The translations under genes and the position numbers were made by a program. 64,000 nucleotides of DNA from Trueperaceae bacterium (GTDB lineage: Bacteria > Deinococcota > Deinococci > Deinococcales > Trueperaceae), in the NCBI GenBank assembly GCA_965213925.1, contig OZ243927.1:160001-224000 (forward strand). Reading direction: 5' to 3'. Shown piece by piece: positions 59,475 to 64,000 of the stretch; the first letter of the stretch is position 1, and each line of letters begins with the position of its first letter. Below the pieces are notes generated by a model. It saw only the letters and a program-made list of their open reading frames with translations. It did not search any database and was not told the origin of the DNA.

Positions 59475-61322
59475 ATGGAGAGAGAGACGAGACGAAGAGC
59501 AGATATCCCTGATACCACCACGGCTGAGCCTACGTCGCCTCACACAACGCTTGCGCCTCACGCGTCACTCGCGGACGACCCCTACCAGGCGACCCTCACC
59601 GCTTTGGCGCAGAGCCAGGCTCACCTCAGCGACGTGATCGCTTCGGCGGCCATCGTCCTCTACGCTTTGGACAAGGACGGCATCTTCACCCTTTCCGAGG
59701 GCAAAGCGCTCGAGACGCTCGGTCTGCAACCAGGCCAGCTCGTCGGACAATCTGTCTTCGAGGTCTACAAAGACGTCCCTCTCATCCTTCACGACGTACG
59801 GCGGGCACTAGCAGGTGAGCGGGTCGTTACGATCACCGAGGTCGCTGGTATTGTCTTCGAGTCGCGCTATTTGCCCTACTTCGACACCGAAGGTCGGGTC
59901 GAGCGGATCGTCGGCGTGTCGCTTGATATCACCGAACAGAAGCGGGCACAAGAGGCGCTACAGCGCGCTCACGACGAACTGGAGCAGCGTGTCCAAGCAC
60001 GCACCGCCGAACTCGCCGCGTTGAACGCTCAGCTTACTTACGAGGCTTTCCACGATTCACTGACCGGTCTGCCGAACCGCGCCCTCTTTGTGGACCGCTT
60101 GGAGTACGCTGTGAAGTGCAAGCGACGCGAACGAGTGCCGGGCTACGCCGTGCTCTTTTTAGACCTAGACGACTTCAAAATCGTCAACGACTCGCTGGGT
60201 CATGCTGTAGGCGACGCGCTGCTCGTCGAGGTGGGAGGGCGTTTAGAAGCCTGCTTACGCCCCGGCGATACTGTAGCCCGCTTGGGCGGGGACGAGTTCG
60301 CTGTGCTGCTCGAGAATGTTACGGACGAAGCGCACCTAAGCCAGATCGCCACGCGGCTCAGACAAACCTTCGGTACGTTTACGGCCCAAGGGCACGACCT
60401 CCGCGTCACGCCGAGCATCGGCGTGGTGTCGAGCGAGGGCGGGTACAGCGACGTCGAGGCGCTGCTGCGCGACGCCGACATCGCCATGTACCAAGCCAAA
60501 GCGCGAGGCAAAGGCTGCTACGCGCTGTTCGACCCGGCGATGCGGGAGCGGGCGAAGACCCGTCTAACATTAGAAAGTGAACTCCGCGCCGCGTTGACGC
60601 ACGACCAGTTGTGCGTCCACTATCAGCCCATCGTCGCCGTCCAGACGGGCGAATTGGCCGGCGTTGAGGCGCTCGTGCGCTGGCAGCACCCGGAGCGCGG
60701 GATGATTTCGCCGGGTGAGTTCATCCCCTTAGCTGAAGAAACCGGGCTCATCACCCAGCTCGACCGCTTCGTTCTCAAAGAGGCGTGTCAGCAGGTGCGG
60801 CAGTGGCAGGAGATGTATGGGCATGATCTCACCTTGAGCGTCAACCTATCGGGTCAGCAGTTTATAGAGTCGGACCTCGCACCTTACGTCGAGTCGGTCT
60901 TGCGAGACACTGGCTTTGGCGCAGGGCACCTCCACCTCGAGCTGACCGAGAGCTTGCTCATCGGCGGTTCCAAACAGGTGAGCGAAGCACTCGCGGCGTT
61001 GCGGACACTCGGTGTCAAACTCCACTTAGACGACTTCGGCACGGGTTACTCGTCCTTATCCTACTTGCAGCGTTTCTCGGCGCACACCATCAAAATAGAC
61101 CGTTCGTTTATCCGCAACTTGACCGAGAGTCAGGAGAGCGCGACCTTGGTGCGCACCATCATCCTCATGGCCGACGCTCTAGGGATGCAGGTCGTCGCTG
61201 AGGGGGTGGAGACCGAAGCGCAGTTAGCACACCTCAAGACGTTGGGCTGCGACTATATTCAGGGCTACCTCTTCGGCAAGCCGCTGAGTGAGGCGGAAGC
61301 CGAAGACTACTTTATGAAATAA
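59475..61322 (+). CDS. PAS-GGDEF-EAL c-di-GMP signalling protein
   Basis: PAS; HDSLTGLPNR, RLGGDEF; VEALVRW, DDFGTGYSS. Confidence 0.95.
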   Translation: MERETRRRADIPDTTTAEPTSPHTTLAPHASLADDPYQATLTALAQSQAHLSDVIASAAIVLYALDKDGIFTLSEGKALETLGLQPGQLVGQSVFEVYKDVPLILHDVRRALAGERVVTITEVAGIVFESRYLPYFDTEGRVERIVGVSLDITEQKRAQEALQRAHDELEQRVQARTAELAALNAQLTYEAFHDSLTGLPNRALFVDRLEYAVKCKRRERVPGYAVLFLDLDDFKIVNDSLGHAVGDALLVEVGGRLEACLRPGDTVARLGGDEFAVLLENVTDEAHLSQIATRLRQTFGTFTAQGHDLRVTPSIGVVSSEGGYSDVEALLRDADIAMYQAKARGKGCYALFDPAMRERAKTRLTLESELRAALTHDQLCVHYQPIVAVQTGELAGVEALVRWQHPERGMISPGEFIPLAEETGLITQLDRFVLKEACQQVRQWQEMYGHDLTLSVNLSGQQFIESDLAPYVESVLRDTGFGAGHLHLELTESLLIGGSKQVSEALAALRTLGVKLHLDDFGTGYSSLSYLQRFSAHTIKIDRSFIRNLTESQESATLVRTIILMADALGMQVVAEGVETEAQLAHLKTLGCDYIQGYLFGKPLSEAEAEDYFMK

Positions 61323-61497
61323 GCAAACCTGGCGACCGGCGTGGTGGAAATGGTTGTAGACAGCTACGTCTGAGCTAAGCTTGCTTCAACGCTTCTTGGT
61401 TCGTCCACTAAATTCGGCATAGTTCTGAGCACTAAACCTTTGCATTGTTGAAGTACATCAGCGGTTCGCTGCTCTGAAACGAACTTCCAGGACGAAT

Positions 61498-61518
61498 CCT
61501 TCTGCGCGAGTTGCGCGC
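61498..61518 (-). repeat. 21-bp repeat family C, copy 3 (inverted)
   Basis: CCTTCTGCGCGAGTTGCGCGC. Confidence 0.8.
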
Positions 61519-61620
61519 GTCTCTTGCACAACAATCCCAACCCGAGCAGTTTCTCGAATACTGCTTTAGATAAACCGAAGCAGCCAAATGCCTCAGTAGC
61601 AAACGCTGAAGCTGTGAATA

Positions 61621-61917
61621 GCCTATCTTCTCGAGCCTTTTGTCGCTATCCCAGTCACCTTCGACGAAGCGCTTCTACTGAATGTAGCGCGTGAAAGCTT
61701 GCCTGAAAACTGGACCGAGCCTGCGGGATTATCCGTCACACAAGCGATTGGGAACGCCTGGGTCAAGCGTAACGCATCAGCACTCCTTGTGGTGCCGAGT
61801 CGTGTTATCGCGGCGGAGCAGAACTACCTCTTTAACCCGAACCATCTGGACGTCGAGCAGGTGGAGATCGGTAAGGCGCAGTCCTTCAGCTACGACCCAC
61901 GTTTACTTAAGCAATAA
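61621..61917 (+). pseudogene. RES-domain toxin C-terminal half
   Basis: LPENW..TQAIGNAW..LLVVPSRVI..NYLFNPNH..YDPRL. Confidence 0.8.
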
Positions 61918-62090
61918 GTGTCGAGTTACAAGTAATGTCCCTTGGTCTTTGACCGCTGCGGTCATTAGCTTTGTGCAACAGTTGCACAGCAATCCAGTGT
62001 ACCCATTCCTTTCGGTGCTGAGTTGGATATGCTCACCATCACTTCTTCGGAGAGACAAAGCTTAGAAAAGGCGTATTATGTCCTTTCCAT

Positions 62091-62156
62091 TTGACAACGC
62101 AGTGGATTATTGTCTACTCTATAAACTATAAAACCAATACGGGTTTTTTAGTTTAT
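62091..62156 (+). promoter_or_regulatory. Sigma70-like promoter with downstream AT-rich inverted repeat (operator-like)
   Basis: TTGACA-18-TACTCT; ATAAACTATAAAACC..GGTTTTTTAGTTTAT. Confidence 0.55.
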
Positions 62157-62169
62157 AGGGAGAGGAACG

Positions 62170-63882
62170 ATGGAAAATCAGAAGAAGCTAGACTACTCCG
62201 ATGTTCTCATTGTCGGCGCAGGACCCACCGGACTCACAACGGCAATAGAACTCGCCCGGCGCGGCGTAAACTTGCGCATCGTCGATAAGCGCGGTAGAGT
62301 CGAGCACTCCAACGCTCTGGTCATGCACGCCCGCACCTTGGAGTCACTCGACCTTATAGGCATCGCCGAGAGGTTCGTTAGGCGCGGCTACGAAGCGCCC
62401 GGCATCGACTTAGGTTCTGACTCGGAGAAGCCCATCCGCGCCGAGATGCACCGCCTGGACAGCCGCTTCCCTTTTATCTTGGTGATTCCGCAGTCGGAGA
62501 CGGAGCGGCTTTTGGAGGAATATTTAGCAGAACTCGGCGTGCAGGTCGAGAGGGGCACGGAGTTCTTAGGATACGAGGAGAAAGCAGGCGGGGTCGTCGC
62601 AAGGCTCGAGCATCCCGATGAAAGCGAAGAACGGGTCTCAGCACGCTACCTTGTCGGCACCGACGGGGCGCATAGCACCGTGCGCCGCGCCGCCGACATC
62701 CCCTTCGAGGGCGAGCCATACGACTACGTCTTCTTTACGGGCGAGGCGAAGGTCAGTGGTGGACTTCCTAAAGGCGGTATCTCACAGTACTCTTCGGAGC
62801 GCGGGCTCGCCTTCATCGTGCCCTTCAAGGACGACTACTTCCGCTTCGTGACGGCGGATTGGAAATATCAGGACGAATCCACCGACGAGCCGCTCTCTCA
62901 AGAGGTCATGCAGGAATCGGTTGACGCACTGATTCCAACCAAGCCCACACTGATTGAACCGCGCTGGCTCTCGCGGTGGGGCTCAGGGATTCGCCAGGCA
63001 AGCCGCTACCGCCGGGGTAACGTCTTTTTAGCAGGCGACGCCGCGCACGTGCACAGTCCGGCGGGCGGGCAAGGCATGAACACGGGCGTACAAGACGGTT
63101 TTAACTTGGGTTGGAAGCTTGCCTTTGTAGCGAACGGGCAGGCTCCCGAATCGCTCTTAGATACCTACGAGCAAGAGCGTCACCCTATCGGCAAACGCGC
63201 TGTAGAAACGAGCGACAAGATTTTGCGGAGTCTCATCATCCGTAATGACACCTTGCGGAATGCCAGGGAACTCCTGGTCAAAGCCCTCGTACCCCGTCTG
63301 CCGGTCCAAAAAGCGCTCTCCGAAGGGCTTTCGGGCGTCAGTATCAGTTACAAGGACGCTGCCAGAGAACGCGGCGAACTCAAGTGGGACTTGCGCGACA
63401 TCCCGTACCCTGACGCCCTAAGGGTTGGGGACCGCGTGCCGGACCTCGCCCTCGCCGCGCCGGACGGATGGGCTGACGCCGACGACGCGAACCGCGTGCG
63501 GCTCTTCGACCTCTTGAGACCTGGCTACACGCTCTTCATCTTTATCGGTACGGAAAGAGCGGACGACGATCTCACGGGGTATCTCGCGGAGATAAGACGC
63601 AAGGTGCAAGCCGACGTGGGTGAAGCCGCCAAAGTGTTCGGCATCCTCGGGCAAGGCACGCCTAAAGCGGGAGACGCACCGATTTTCGCTGACTACACGC
63701 GCATGTTTAGAGACAAGCTCGGGGCGAGAGACGGTAGTGCGCTTCTGGTTAGACCGGACGGTTACTTGGCGTTTCACCGTAAAGGGTATCAGAGAGGGTT
63801 AGAAGAGGTGCAGAAACGCTGGGTGCAGCGTCAGGCTGGAACACCGTCCTCGCAAGGGGTCAGTTCGTCTGCACGCGCATAA
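62170..63882 (+). CDS. FAD-dependent monooxygenase (PheA/TfdB/aromatic hydroxylase type)
   Basis: IVGAGPTG, DGAHS, LAGDAAHVHSPAGGQGMNTG, LVRPDG. Confidence 0.93.
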   Translation: MENQKKLDYSDVLIVGAGPTGLTTAIELARRGVNLRIVDKRGRVEHSNALVMHARTLESLDLIGIAERFVRRGYEAPGIDLGSDSEKPIRAEMHRLDSRFPFILVIPQSETERLLEEYLAELGVQVERGTEFLGYEEKAGGVVARLEHPDESEERVSARYLVGTDGAHSTVRRAADIPFEGEPYDYVFFTGEAKVSGGLPKGGISQYSSERGLAFIVPFKDDYFRFVTADWKYQDESTDEPLSQEVMQESVDALIPTKPTLIEPRWLSRWGSGIRQASRYRRGNVFLAGDAAHVHSPAGGQGMNTGVQDGFNLGWKLAFVANGQAPESLLDTYEQERHPIGKRAVETSDKILRSLIIRNDTLRNARELLVKALVPRLPVQKALSEGLSGVSISYKDAARERGELKWDLRDIPYPDALRVGDRVPDLALAAPDGWADADDANRVRLFDLLRPGYTLFIFIGTERADDDLTGYLAEIRRKVQADVGEAAKVFGILGQGTPKAGDAPIFADYTRMFRDKLGARDGSALLVRPDGYLAFHRKGYQRGLEEVQKRWVQRQAGTPSSQGVSSSARA

Positions 63883-64000
63883 TCGGGTACATAAGGCTCG
63901 AGTCACAAGATAAGAAAGGTCAATTCATGATATGGACACTGAGGCTCTTACAGACGCTGCTAGGTCTGATGTTTCTAGGCTCCGGCGGCTCCAAACTCGT

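Overview
Bacterial chromosomal window, most likely Deinococcota (Truepera-like). This rests on nurA-herA, the extended S1 protein, Deinococcus-type small repeats and frequent leaderless genes. 1-24 kb and 29.5-41.7 kb are mostly housekeeping: a SAM-I-controlled metY-metY-metX operon, hpf, a sugar ABC transporter with alpha-glucosidase, ruvB, MATE, nurA-herA, rpsA, tag, panE and a 5'-nucleotidase/ExeM-like fusion. The most unusual region is a ~5.3-kb island right after herA (23.8-29.1 kb). It is a serial array of small toxin-antitoxin/defence cassettes separated by five variable-length copies of the 3' end of a yoeB/Txe toxin gene. All five copies end at ACTCGAGC, and three start within 3 nt of the previous cassette's stop codon. 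No integrase is present in the window. 41.7-62 kb is a mosaic of intact accessory genes and many truncated fragments, including an HNH module flanked by 21-bp direct repeats. The hexamer CTCGAG is strongly over-represented, and several MITE/REP-like families are present. No rRNA, tRNA or CRISPR was recognised. All calls come from motif recognition by eye; no database searches were run.
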